Notes: a model not told the origin generated them from the sequence alone. A DNA stretch of 64,000 nucleotides from an uncultured Desulfobacterales bacterium (GCA_964435695.1 CAYTAQ010000002.1:5187-69186); one strand, 5' to 3'; positions 18,771 through 29,122 are shown, counted from the first letter of the stretch. Program-made: numbers and translations.

Positions 18771-20615
18771 TTAAAGGTTATCATGCTTGCTCCGAAACTG
18801 ACTTTGGTATAAATGGTGGTAGACACTCCCTTTGGCAAGCAGCTCTTCGTGGGTTCCCCATTCCACCACCCGGCCTTCTTCGATCACAATCACCTTATCG
18901 GCACGGGAGATCGTCGAAAGGCGGTGGGCGATAACGAAGCTCGTGCGTTCCTTCATCAGTTCGTCCAGCGCCTGCTGAATGAACAGCTCGGTACGGGTAT
19001 CGACAGAGCTGGTCGCTTCATCCAGGATGAGGATGGCCGGATCGGCAAGAATAGCCCGGGCAATGGACAGGAGCTGGCGTTGACCCCCCGAGAGGCTCTC
19101 ACCCCGTTCCGAGAGGATGGTGTCGTAGCCCTGCGGCAAACGGCGGATAAACCCGTCCGCATGCGCCAACCGCGCTGCAGCGAATACCTCTTCATCGGTG
19201 GCGGCGAGACGACCATAGCGGATGTTTGCCAACACAGACTCGCTGAAGAGAAACGACTGCTGAAGAACGATGCCGAGCTGTCGCCGCAGGCTGTCCCGGG
19301 ATACGGTATGGATATCTACGCCATCGATGCGGATGGTTCCTTCTTCTATATCGTAGAAGCGGGAAAGGAGGTTGACGAGGGTTGTTTTTCCCGCGCCGGT
19401 GTGTCCCACAAGCGCTACCCGTTCTCCGGAGCGGGCATGGATGGAGATATCCTTAAGCACGGGCACGCCGGGTAGGTAAGAGAAGGTGACGTGTTCAAAT
19501 ATTACGTCTCCGGATACCCTGGATAATTCCAGCGCCTGGGGGGCATCGGTCTGGTCGGGAACAGTATCCAGGAGTTCGAAAATCCGTTCGGCGCCAGCTA
19601 GCGCTCCCTGGACCTGGTTGTATAAATTGCCGAGTTGGCGAAGCGGTTCAGCGAAGCGCCGCGAGTAGGAGATGAATGCGGCGATCGTCCCGATGGTCAC
19701 CATACCCCGGATCGCCAGCCAACCGCCGAGACCGCAAAGAATCGCCACATTCAAATTCGACAGGACTCCCATCATCGGCATCACCAGCAAGGCCAGCGTC
19801 ATGGCCTGAACACCGGTGGATCGAAGCGCCTCGTTCGCTTGGTCAAACCGGCCGAGAACGCTTTCTTCCTGCCCAAAGGCAAGCACGATTCGCTGGCCGC
19901 TGTAAGTCTCTTCGAGAACGGCATTCAGTGTTCCCAGGCGAGCCTGGTAGCTCCGAAATACATTGCGCGTTCTTCTTCCGACCAACCCCACAAGGCCGAT
20001 CATCAATGGAAATGCAATCATCGATCCAATGGCCAGCCAGGGACTCAGGATGAAAATAATGATCAGAATTCCCACCAGCGTCAGGATTCCGGTGAACAAT
20101 TGGGCCGCCTGGCTGGTAAGCACCTGGTTGATGGCGTCCATGTCATTTGTCAGCCGGCTCATGAGTTCCCCCTGGGCTCTGTCATCGAAGAACCTTAGAG
20201 ACAGTGTCTGCATATGGTTGAAGAGATCCGAACGCAGCGCCCGCATTGCCTTCTGGGAGACCCGGACGATCAGAATCCCTTGGATCAGCTGTGCCCCGGC
20301 TGAAAGCACATAAGCCGCCAGCATGAGGAAGACCGGCCCAAGAAGCGCCGCCAGGTCGTTTTTAACAAGTTGATCGATGGCTCGGCCCATCAGGTAGGGC
20401 GCGGCTATAGCAAGTCCTGTTCCGAGAGCGGCTACCAGGCAGGCTAATACCAGGGCGCCTCGATACGGACGAAGGTAGTGCATCAGGCGGCGCAGCGCTC
20501 CCTGAACATTTTTCGCGCGCTCAATGGTTCGGCCCGGGGGGCCGCCGCCCCCACCCGGACCCGGCATCCCGGTCATTCTGATTGGGGAAGGCCGCTGTGC
20601 TTGTTGGTCAGCCAT
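18771..20615 (-). CDS. ABC exporter, fused permease/ATPase half-transporter (heterodimer partner B)
   Basis: Six-TM domain followed by Walker A GHTGAGKTT, signature LSGGQRQ and Walker B ILILDEATS. Confidence 0.85.
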   Translation of the reverse strand: MADQQAQRPSPIRMTGMPGPGGGGGPPGRTIERAKNVQGALRRLMHYLRPYRGALVLACLVAALGTGLAIAAPYLMGRAIDQLVKNDLAALLGPVFLMLAAYVLSAGAQLIQGILIVRVSQKAMRALRSDLFNHMQTLSLRFFDDRAQGELMSRLTNDMDAINQVLTSQAAQLFTGILTLVGILIIIFILSPWLAIGSMIAFPLMIGLVGLVGRRTRNVFRSYQARLGTLNAVLEETYSGQRIVLAFGQEESVLGRFDQANEALRSTGVQAMTLALLVMPMMGVLSNLNVAILCGLGGWLAIRGMVTIGTIAAFISYSRRFAEPLRQLGNLYNQVQGALAGAERIFELLDTVPDQTDAPQALELSRVSGDVIFEHVTFSYLPGVPVLKDISIHARSGERVALVGHTGAGKTTLVNLLSRFYDIEEGTIRIDGVDIHTVSRDSLRRQLGIVLQQSFLFSESVLANIRYGRLAATDEEVFAAARLAHADGFIRRLPQGYDTILSERGESLSGGQRQLLSIARAILADPAILILDEATSSVDTRTELFIQQALDELMKERTSFVIAHRLSTISRADKVIVIEEGRVVEWGTHEELLAKGSVYHHLYQSQFRSKHDNL

Positions 20616-20725
20616 GGTGTCCTGCCATCTAAAATAAAGAAAAATTGTTAGAGCGTTTGGATCGGCCCATATTCGACAATACTGATCATCCCTATAAGAT
20701 CCAGAAAACCACCAATATCGGAACG

Positions 20726-22486
20726 TTATTCTGACAAACGCTCTAACGGCTCGCCGAGTTGAGAGCGGTAGATGTCGCGATACATGGTATTCGAAGCGAG
20801 CAGCTGCCGGTGGGTCCCGATGGCCATGATTCGGCCCTGGTCGAGCACAAGAATCTTGTCTGCCAGAAGCACGGTGCTGATCCGCTGTGCAACGATAAAG
20901 CGGGTCGTGGTGTTTTTTGAAACGGCCAGCAGCCGGTCGAAAGCATCCTGGAGCCGTACTTCTGTTTCAATGTCCAGAGCGCTGGTTGAATCGTCAAGAA
21001 TGAGGACCTTGGGTTTGACAAGGAGCGCCCGCGCAATGGCAACCCTTTGGCGCTGCCCACCGGAAAGCGTTACCCCGCGCTGGCCGATAACCGTGTCGTA
21101 TCCTTCGGGGAGTTCAACGATGAACTCATCAGCCTGGGCTGCCTGTGCCGCGGCAGCGACCTCATCATCGGCCGCTGCTGCCCGGCCATAGCGGATGTTG
21201 TCGCGCACGGTGCCGCTGAAAAGGATTGCTTCCTGCATGGCTACTCCTATTGCGCTTCGCAGCGAGTGAATATCCAGATCCCGTACATCAATGCCGTCAA
21301 AGGTGATCCGGCCGGACGTTACATCGTAAAAGCGCGGGATGAGGTGGATCAGGGTTGACTTTCCGGAACCGGTTGCTCCCAGGATCGCAACCGTCTCTCC
21401 CGGTTCGGCCGCGAAGGAAATATCCGATAGCACCGGTTCTGCGCTATCCCCGTTGTAGCTGAAACAGACGTTTTCAAAAACAATTCGCCCGCGGGGATGC
21501 ACCAGCCTGGCCGCACTGCCTGCCACCCGCACCTCCGAATCGGCGTCAAGGATCTCCAGGATCCGGCTTGCCGATGCATCTGCAGCGGAAAGGGGCCCGA
21601 GCATTCCCGCCAGCATCAGGATCGGGAAAAGCGCGAAGGAGAGATAATTGATGGCCGCCACAACTTCCCCTACAGACAGACCGCCTGCTATGGCCGTTCT
21701 ACCGCCGATCCATACCGCACTGACGATGGCCAGGTTGAGGATTAGAAGCATGAATGGAATGAAGACCGTCATGAGCTGGGAGACTTGGATTGTCCGGTTC
21801 ATTAGCGCTTCGTTGGCTCCGTCGAACCGGGCGACCTCGTGCGCGGTCCGTACGAATGCCTTAACAACCCGAATACCGGCAAGGTTTTCCTGGAGAACGG
21901 TATTCAGCCGGTCGAGACGCTGTTGCACCAAAAGGAACAGCGGGTGGGCCTTTCGGGCAAAGAGCCAGACCAGCACAACGATCAGCGGTACCGCCACTAC
22001 CATAATCAGAGCAAGACGGGGGCTGGTGAGAACGAGAAGAACAATCGCCCCGATGGCCCAGATGGGACCGCGTGTGAGGATGCGCAACGACAGCATCACA
22101 ATCATCTGCACCATATTGACGTCGCTGGTCGAACGGACGATGAGCTTGCCGGTCTGAAGGTGGTCGAGGTTTCCAAAGGAGAAGGACTGCACCCTTCGCA
22201 TCAGCGCGCTGCGCAGGTTGGCACCAAAACCCACGGCGGCGTACACCGAAAGATAGTTATTGATTACGGCGAGGATTGCGGAGAGGATCGAGGCTGCAAC
22301 CATGGTGAGGGCCGTGGTGATGACGACGTGGAAGTTATGCGTAACGATGCCGTGGTCGATGATTCGTTGCGTCAGCCGTGGAATGATGAGGTCGGCCGCG
22401 ACCATGACAAAGATAAGGATCAATGCGATGGCGGCCTGGATGCGGTAAGGTCGTAGAAATCGATAAAGGCGCACCAGGGATCTCAT
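20726..22486 (-). CDS. ABC exporter, fused permease/ATPase half-transporter (heterodimer partner A)
   Basis: GATGSGKST, LSGGQRQR and VLILDDSTSALD motifs. The D in place of E after Walker B suggests a degenerate site, as in asymmetric heterodimers. Confidence 0.85.
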   Translation of the reverse strand: MRSLVRLYRFLRPYRIQAAIALILIFVMVAADLIIPRLTQRIIDHGIVTHNFHVVITTALTMVAASILSAILAVINNYLSVYAAVGFGANLRSALMRRVQSFSFGNLDHLQTGKLIVRSTSDVNMVQMIVMLSLRILTRGPIWAIGAIVLLVLTSPRLALIMVVAVPLIVVLVWLFARKAHPLFLLVQQRLDRLNTVLQENLAGIRVVKAFVRTAHEVARFDGANEALMNRTIQVSQLMTVFIPFMLLILNLAIVSAVWIGGRTAIAGGLSVGEVVAAINYLSFALFPILMLAGMLGPLSAADASASRILEILDADSEVRVAGSAARLVHPRGRIVFENVCFSYNGDSAEPVLSDISFAAEPGETVAILGATGSGKSTLIHLIPRFYDVTSGRITFDGIDVRDLDIHSLRSAIGVAMQEAILFSGTVRDNIRYGRAAAADDEVAAAAQAAQADEFIVELPEGYDTVIGQRGVTLSGGQRQRVAIARALLVKPKVLILDDSTSALDIETEVRLQDAFDRLLAVSKNTTTRFIVAQRISTVLLADKILVLDQGRIMAIGTHRQLLASNTMYRDIYRSQLGEPLERLSE

Positions 22487-22501
22487 TAGTTCTCCTTTCC
22501 G

Positions 22502-24295
22502 TCATTTTTCTATCAGGAAATGGGGGATGAATCTGGGATCCAGCGCATGGATGTCGACTTCTCCGTATTCGCTTTCAATTTCCAGAAAAAGTTTTTCAAG
22601 GGTATTGCCGGATTGATCCGTGATTTCAGTGCTGCTGAAACCGCTTGCGGTCGACAGCCATTTTAGAAACGCGGTTTTCATGGAAAGCTTGATCGTGCGA
22701 GGTTTTCTCCCCGGATTCCAAAGATCGTTGAAAAAGGTTCTGAAGGCATCCAGTGAAATGCTCGAAGCCGCCGCAAGTTTCCGGTTAAGACCCAGGTGGA
22801 ACCGGGCCCAGTGCGTTAAAATAAGATTTTTATACGTCAAGAGGCTGTAAACATGCAGCGGCTTGACCGTAAAGGACAGATGGGCGAGCAGGTTGTCGAC
22901 GGCAATGGCTTCATCCAGCACGGTTTCTGTCTTAACGATATCATTCATCGTGGTGAACTCGCGGTAGAGAACCCCGGTTTCATAGTTGTCAAAATAGAGC
23001 GGCTTTTTTAAGAGAAGACCACCGATAACACCCAGCCAGTCTTCACCCCAAAAACGCAACGGCAGCCCCTCGGCCTTAAACCAGCTCTTGTCCCGCCATT
23101 TTTCGGTGCGCCACTTCAATTCGAGCGCAAAGCCGTAGCCGACCCTGAATAGATCTGAAAGCGGATATTTCCGGATTAAATCCCGATGCTCACCGGGTAA
23201 ATTCTTAAGACCGATGCTGATATACCCACAGGTTTTATTTACGACATCTCTTAATGACGGTCGCTCCATGATGACTTTGCGGTCCGCAACAATCAACTGA
23301 TTGCAGAGGGCTGCAAATTCAGTCTGCAATTGCATCACAATACCTTCGTCTGTTACGGATGTGAGCGCTTTGGCAAAAGGGCTCTGAGCATCAATCATCT
23401 GACTGGTAAAAAAAGGAACCGGCAGGAAACGCTCACTGTTACCCGTATTTATCAGGCGCTTTTGCCGCGAACGATTGATATCCCGGGGCTTTAGGGGCTG
23501 GTAGATGCCGATGGATTCTTCAAAAGGCAAAAAGCCTTTTTCCGCAAGTCTTACGTTGCGCAGCCTGTATAATTCTTCTTCAGTTTCCGATGAAATTATT
23601 GCCGCCGACTCCAGCAGGATGCTTTGGAATAAGGGATGATCAAGATCCGACAGTTGCTTCATAAACGCCATCAACACGTCTGCGCGATCTTTCAGAGACC
23701 CATCGGCGTCGTGCGTTTCGGAAGCATCTTCGGCGGTTTCCGTCCAGGATGGGAATTCAATAAATTTGAAATAGAATACATCGTCAAACGTAATATAGTC
23801 GTCTCCAAAATCCGATGGATCCTGATCCGATTCACGAATTTTCACTTCAATATTTTTAAAAATAAAGAACTCCAATAAATCGGTTTTCCGGGTTGAAAAC
23901 CATTGGGCGATGCGCTGAGGATCCGCCGTCGACAACAAGCCGATCCATTGCGCCGCTGAATAATTGTTAAATCGATCGCGGGTCCATATGTCGATATCCA
24001 GCAGATACTCCAACTGTTTGTGGGATGCCAGGGACAAAATCGGAAGCGCATCTTCCGGGCCGATATCGTGGACGAGGAAATAAAAATCCTCTTCAGGTAG
24101 AGAATGAACGACTTCTAACGGGTTTTTTGCGTCCAGAATATACGATAGCGCCTTTTCCGAAGGCATGGACAGCGCCCTGTGCCGTATTTCCCGGAGGTTC
24201 TGCGAACGCTCGCGTATTAATTTATTTGAATCTTCGTTATGCATCGTTTTGTGTTTTGTAGTGGACATTATTAATGTGGCAATTAAATACCCCAA
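22502..24295 (-). CDS. hypothetical protein, first gene of the ABC-exporter operon
   Basis: A 597-aa ORF sits 15 nt upstream of the ABC gene. I recognise no catalytic motif. The track start is TTG at 24295; ATG alternatives are at 24268 and 24244. Confidence 0.5.
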   Translation of the reverse strand: MGYLIATLIMSTTKHKTMHNEDSNKLIRERSQNLREIRHRALSMPSEKALSYILDAKNPLEVVHSLPEEDFYFLVHDIGPEDALPILSLASHKQLEYLLDIDIWTRDRFNNYSAAQWIGLLSTADPQRIAQWFSTRKTDLLEFFIFKNIEVKIRESDQDPSDFGDDYITFDDVFYFKFIEFPSWTETAEDASETHDADGSLKDRADVLMAFMKQLSDLDHPLFQSILLESAAIISSETEEELYRLRNVRLAEKGFLPFEESIGIYQPLKPRDINRSRQKRLINTGNSERFLPVPFFTSQMIDAQSPFAKALTSVTDEGIVMQLQTEFAALCNQLIVADRKVIMERPSLRDVVNKTCGYISIGLKNLPGEHRDLIRKYPLSDLFRVGYGFALELKWRTEKWRDKSWFKAEGLPLRFWGEDWLGVIGGLLLKKPLYFDNYETGVLYREFTTMNDIVKTETVLDEAIAVDNLLAHLSFTVKPLHVYSLLTYKNLILTHWARFHLGLNRKLAAASSISLDAFRTFFNDLWNPGRKPRTIKLSMKTAFLKWLSTASGFSSTEITDQSGNTLEKLFLEIESEYGEVDIHALDPRFIPHFLIEK

Positions 24296-24300
24296 TAGTT

Positions 24301-24362
24301 GTCATTCCTGCGAAAGCAGGAATCCAGAGAAAAACTGGATGCCGGATCAAGTCCGGCATGAC
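24301..24362. repeat. REP-like double-hairpin element
   Basis: In GTCATTCCTGCGAAAGCAGGAATCCAGAGAAAAACTGGATGCCGGATCAAGTCCGGCATGAC there are two stems (CATTCCTGC/GCAGGAATC and ATGCCGGA/TCCGGCAT). They are closed by GTCAT...ATGAC. Confidence 0.7.
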
Positions 24363-24582
24363 GCAGTTGGTACCTTTAGTTGTCGGACTAATAATAGAAC
24401 AATAGAGAAATGGAGTATTGGCGTAACGGATTCTGCACGATAACGGTCCCCTGTTTCCTGCATTACTTCAGTGCTCCAATATTCCAACACTCCAGTTTTA
24501 AAATTATTATAACACATTAGCTATTGCTTTTAAAAGCCCCTTTGTTATCGGCCACAGGCTCGAAAGAGACGATGCAGTCACC

Positions 24583-26160
24583 CTATGCCGTATCTGGGGT
24601 AACGGAATCGCTGCCTGGTGTGCTGAAGCGGCCTACCCATATGATCAGGAACAAAACGGGAATACCGACAAGAGCTGTACCGACAAAGAATAATTCGTAT
24701 CCCATACTATCGACAATGCTGCCCGAATATCCTGCAAGAATTTTGGGAAAAAGCGTCATAATCGAGCTGAAAATTGCATACTGCATGGCCGTGAAAGAGA
24801 TGCTGGTCAAACTGGAAAGATAGGCCACAAAAGCGGCAGCGGCAAGCCCGGCGCTTCCGTTGTCGGCTACAATGACCATGAGCAGGAGCAGTTCGTCAGG
24901 ACCCTGCCTGGCAAGATATGCAAAGAGCACATTGGTCGCAGCGGAAAGCAGCGCGCCCAAAAACAGTGTCCGCAGGACCCCATAACGGACCGAAAGTATC
25001 CCGCCGATTAATCCCCCTCCGATGGTCGCCCACAGCCCCCAGAATTTCGTATAGGTGGCGATTTGCGATTTTGTAAAACCGATATCGATGTAGAAAACAT
25101 TGGCAATAACACCCATCAAAATATCTGAAATACGATACGTGCCGATAAGTGCAATGATTATCAGGGCAACTAAGCCGTAGCGCCGAAAGAAGTCGGCGAC
25201 CGGATCGATGTATGTTTCGCGTATGTGTCCGGATGTTACCAAGCGAGCCCGGACCACGACCCAGGTGACCAATGCACTCAAGACAACACTGAAAGTCAGT
25301 CTGGCGGTTTCGGTTATAAAACCCGCCAGCTGCTGGATGACGCCGAACGTATCGATAAGCAGAGCCTTGTAGATTTGGCTTAGTCCCTTGGAGAGAAAAA
25401 AGCCGGCGATAAACGTTCCTATGGCCACGATAAATACGGAGATAAACCGCAAATAATCCAGATTGCTTCGAAATGCGTCTGTTTTGCGGGCGCCGACCAC
25501 GGGCTCGCGGATAACCAGTGTTGTTGTAATGCCGACAATCATCATGGCTGCCATAACGCGGTACACATTTGCCCAAACACCGAACTCGTAAGTGTCGTTT
25601 CCCCACCAATCGGCCAGCCAAAGAGACCCTGCGCCCGCAATCAGCATGCCGATACGGTAACCCGCGATATACATGGACGAGAGCATCGATTGCATGTCCA
25701 CTTCAGCCGACTCGATACGATACGCGTCAATAACAATGTCCTGGGTGGCCGAAGAGAAACCGATGAGGACGGCGCCGATGGCTGTCATGGTCAGCGCGTT
25801 TTGGGGGTTGAATGCGGACGTCCAAAGCATGGCGAACACCAGTGCGAGTTGGGATACCAGAAGCCAGCCCCGGCGTCGACCCATTCTGGCGGTGAGGTAT
25901 GGAAACGGCAGCCGGTCGACAAGGGGCGCCCATGCGAATTTGAACGAATAACCGAGCGCCGCCCAGCTGAAAAATGTGACGGTTGCCCGCTCTACGCCTG
26001 CCTCCCGCAGCCAGACGGAAAGCGTGCTGAAAATGAGAAGAATCGGCAGACCGGCGGAAAATCCGAGAAACAGCATGGTGATGGCGCGGGGATGGATCAG
26101 GGTCGCTACTGCTTCAGACCAGCTTTTTTTTAGCGGGCGACCATTACCGACTGCCGTCAT
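24583..26160 (-). CDS. ampG: AmpG-family MFS permease (muropeptide transporter type)
   Basis: LGFSAGLP near the N-terminus, ..FKFAWAPLVD.., RRGW, and a 12-14 TM layout across 525 aa. Confidence 0.7.
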   Translation of the reverse strand: MTAVGNGRPLKKSWSEAVATLIHPRAITMLFLGFSAGLPILLIFSTLSVWLREAGVERATVTFFSWAALGYSFKFAWAPLVDRLPFPYLTARMGRRRGWLLVSQLALVFAMLWTSAFNPQNALTMTAIGAVLIGFSSATQDIVIDAYRIESAEVDMQSMLSSMYIAGYRIGMLIAGAGSLWLADWWGNDTYEFGVWANVYRVMAAMMIVGITTTLVIREPVVGARKTDAFRSNLDYLRFISVFIVAIGTFIAGFFLSKGLSQIYKALLIDTFGVIQQLAGFITETARLTFSVVLSALVTWVVVRARLVTSGHIRETYIDPVADFFRRYGLVALIIIALIGTYRISDILMGVIANVFYIDIGFTKSQIATYTKFWGLWATIGGGLIGGILSVRYGVLRTLFLGALLSAATNVLFAYLARQGPDELLLLMVIVADNGSAGLAAAAFVAYLSSLTSISFTAMQYAIFSSIMTLFPKILAGYSGSIVDSMGYELFFVGTALVGIPVLFLIIWVGRFSTPGSDSVTPDTA

Positions 26161-26240
26161 GACCGCACCTGCATCTTGAAAAAATCGGGTTTATAACCAA
26201 TAGCAAGAATCCCCTTAAAACAGGTACCAATGAGCTATCG

Positions 26241-28199
26241 CTATGCAATCATCTGATCGGGAGAGACGACGGGACCATAAGATTGCTTTAAATCCACCAG
26301 CTCTTTGCGCTGTTGCTTCAGAATTTCAAATAGTCTTTGCGGAACATCCTTTTCTTTTTCATAGGCGTTCAGCTGGAGATCGATCCTGGCAACAATGTTT
26401 TCAATATAGAGAGAAAATTGTTTTTCGTATAAATCTTTCGTATAGGCTTTATCGAGAATTGTTTCAAAGAGATCCCTGAGATCCTCAAATTTTGGGATAA
26501 AGCCGATGGGGGTGCTGATGGCATCCACATCTCCACGGGCTTTTCTTTCCAGCCATGCGAGCCAGACCTTTACATCCCTTTTCTCACCCAATAGTTTTTT
26601 TGAATCGCCGCCTCTGGCCGCATGCGTCAGGAAATAGTTTAAGCCCGCCATGACCGGCATTTTATCACGGGCGATCTTTTTATTATTGAAAAAACGGAAT
26701 TGAGCATCCATATAATCACCAAGGGCGCCCGGGATAAACGGAGCGTTTGCCCAGGGCGCCCGCTTTACACCCGTCGCTCCCACTTCTGTCGCCGTTGCAG
26801 CGGAAACGATGGTTGCACCGATGACGACGCCGCAATCCGGATTTTTAGCCGCCCAGACCGGGGGCATGGTGTTGCTGTCTCTCCCGCTGTAAGTGATGAC
26901 CCGTGTTTCGACGCCTTGCGGATCTTCCGCTTTGTCTGAATAATTGGCGAGCGAGCTGGAAGCTACCGTGCACCGTGAATTGGGGTGGGACATGGGAATC
27001 GCCTTTCCCTTGGCGTCGCACTTGCCCTGGAACCAATCCCCTTGAAAGTTTTTACCCTTTTCAGGCGGTGTCTCACCGTTCCCCGTCCATTGCGGCACCG
27101 CATTTTCATCGATCAGCACATTGGACCAAATGACCTCTGCACCCTCATTCCGCAGCAGCTCCATGAGCAGGGGATCACCCTCCCAGTTGACATCCTCCAC
27201 AATACCGAAAATACCGCACTCCGGATTGATGGACCGGATGCCGCCATTGTCGTCGATCCAAAGCTGGGCCAAATCATCTCCGACAAAATAGTCGCCTGCC
27301 ATGGCCGTGGTTGTTTTTCCGCAGCCGCTGGGAGCCGCACCGGCACACCAGGTTACACGGCCGCCCGGCCCTTTGATGCCGGTGATAAACATGTGTTCGG
27401 ACAACTCATTCCCTCTGTTTTCATATACGGCTTTGTCCACGGAAAACCGGTGGTTGCCCTTTTTCAATAACAGGGTGTTGCCGGCGTAAGTACAGTTGAA
27501 ACTGAATGTGGTTCGATGGCTCCGGTCCATGAAGACGCGCGCATTCGGTAAATCCTCAGGCCGGTTGAGCCCTTCACTGTGAACGTTCGTATAAAAGTGG
27601 CCCAGTTTTTCGACCTCTTTATTAAAATCATGATAGGCATTCCGGTAAAGAATTTCAGCGCTGTGGGATACGTATGCCGAACTTGTAATTTCAAGTGCCG
27701 GGTTTGAAGCGGGTGATCCTACCGGGCCACGGAGATAAAATCCCACCACCAGGGTTTTACCCTTCATGATGCTGGTCATTTTTTCGCGTACCTCTTTTAG
27801 GGCATCGTTCCGCTCCATGCGATTTGCCAGGGAGCTTATTTCTTCGTCCTCATTGGCAATGTAGTAGGTGCGATCAATAATTCTTCCCTGTTCATCTTTC
27901 AGATCATAATGGATAGTATGCCGGGGCATGGGAAGCGACGACTCTTCGCCTTTTGCCAGCGCCAAATCCCTTATAAACTGTCGATCATCCTCAGACCCGG
28001 TGTTGATGAAGGTGCTGTCGGGTTTGCACATGGCAATGGCGTTGGCAATTTTTAATAGAACTTCCGGGTGTGTGATTTTTTGAATGCGCGAAAAATGTTC
28101 TGTTTCCAGTGTTTTTTCAAGGAATTTGACGGCTGACTGCGCATCTCTGATCCCTCCGATTTCCTGTAAGATATCGACTCCCTTCTTTTTCTGCAGCAT
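26241..28199 (-). CDS. pckG: phosphoenolpyruvate carboxykinase (GTP)
   Basis: Kinase-1a-like APSGCGKTT, GDDLAQLWIDDNGGIRSINPECGIFGI (compare GDDIAWM..LRAINPE.GFFGV), and HPNSRCT; 652 aa. Confidence 0.75.
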   Translation of the reverse strand: MLQKKKGVDILQEIGGIRDAQSAVKFLEKTLETEHFSRIQKITHPEVLLKIANAIAMCKPDSTFINTGSEDDRQFIRDLALAKGEESSLPMPRHTIHYDLKDEQGRIIDRTYYIANEDEEISSLANRMERNDALKEVREKMTSIMKGKTLVVGFYLRGPVGSPASNPALEITSSAYVSHSAEILYRNAYHDFNKEVEKLGHFYTNVHSEGLNRPEDLPNARVFMDRSHRTTFSFNCTYAGNTLLLKKGNHRFSVDKAVYENRGNELSEHMFITGIKGPGGRVTWCAGAAPSGCGKTTTAMAGDYFVGDDLAQLWIDDNGGIRSINPECGIFGIVEDVNWEGDPLLMELLRNEGAEVIWSNVLIDENAVPQWTGNGETPPEKGKNFQGDWFQGKCDAKGKAIPMSHPNSRCTVASSSLANYSDKAEDPQGVETRVITYSGRDSNTMPPVWAAKNPDCGVVIGATIVSAATATEVGATGVKRAPWANAPFIPGALGDYMDAQFRFFNNKKIARDKMPVMAGLNYFLTHAARGGDSKKLLGEKRDVKVWLAWLERKARGDVDAISTPIGFIPKFEDLRDLFETILDKAYTKDLYEKQFSLYIENIVARIDLQLNAYEKEKDVPQRLFEILKQQRKELVDLKQSYGPVVSPDQMIA

Positions 28200-28352
28200 G
28201 TCTGTTCTCCTGTCTCATGGATTTTGTATGAATTGATAGATTATACCGGGATAGTTTTTAAGACCCGACTGTATAAAATAATACCCTTTTAGAGGTTATT
28301 CCAGGGCCAATGCAAAGCAGGATCTTTGACGGGCCCCTTGGGCCCGGATCCT

Positions 28353-29009
28353 TCAGTCACCGTTGTCCCCGCAGATGAACTTTTCCTGAATGGGCATACG
28401 CAGTTTTATCCATTTGATAACTTTTCCGAATTCGTCTTTGATCTCTTTTAGTGCTCTGCCTCTGTGGCTCACGCGGCTTTTTTCTTCTCTCGTGAGTTCG
28501 GCAAACGTTTTTCCCAGGGGCGGGTAAAAAAATACCGGGTCATATCCGAATCCATTGGCACCCTTTGCCTTTTCTGCGATAATGCCCTCACAGCGGCCCT
28601 CATAGGTTAATGCCGGTCCTGTGGGCACGGCAATCGAGATCGTGCATTCAAAAGCAGCCTTCCGGTTATCAATGCCTTGCATTTCTTTCAGTAATTTTTG
28701 CTGCCGGTCTTCATCCGAGGCATTTTCGCCGGCATATCGTGCTGAATGTACTCCCGGCAGACCATTTAATGCCTCCACCATTAGACCTGAGTCGTCTGCA
28801 AGGGCCGGAATGCCTAAAACACGCGCTGTAAAGCTTGCTTTTTTATAGGCATTTTCATCAAATGTGTCACCGTCTTCTATGACATCCGGGATAGGTCCGA
28901 AATCATCCAGATCCTTTATACTAACAGGAAAACCCTTTAAAAGATCCCGAATTTCGGCTGTTTTTCCTTTATTTCGGGTCGCGATTACAATCTCAATCGG
29001 ATGTTCCAT
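28353..29009 (-). CDS. rdgB: XTP/dITP diphosphatase (RdgB/HAM1 family)
   Basis: IVIATRNKGKTAEI, DDSGL.V.AL.G.PG..SARY and GFGYDPVF motifs. Confidence 0.85.
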   Translation of the reverse strand: MEHPIEIVIATRNKGKTAEIRDLLKGFPVSIKDLDDFGPIPDVIEDGDTFDENAYKKASFTARVLGIPALADDSGLMVEALNGLPGVHSARYAGENASDEDRQQKLLKEMQGIDNRKAAFECTISIAVPTGPALTYEGRCEGIIAEKAKGANGFGYDPVFFYPPLGKTFAELTREEKSRVSHRGRALKEIKDEFGKVIKWIKLRMPIQEKFICGDNGD

Positions 29010-29122
29010 GACAACCTCTTTATGCTAATCTTGAAAACCTGGTCTTCAAGATCATATGCCGGTTTGGTATTTTGAAATCTGGTCATTGTGATTTGATAGC
29101 ACGATCTGCATGAGATTTCCAT

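Noticed and set aside
24896-25621. A same-strand out-of-frame 241-aa ORF inside ampG (and 13707..14336 inside the 507-aa gene) as overlapping genes
   Set aside because: The translations are low-complexity and Arg-rich, with no start context. The host frames carry clear family motifs.
28320-28352. The GGGCCCCTTGGGCCC hairpin after rdgB as a terminator
   Set aside because: No T-tract follows on the transcribed (minus) strand, so it cannot be distinguished from a chance GC palindrome.
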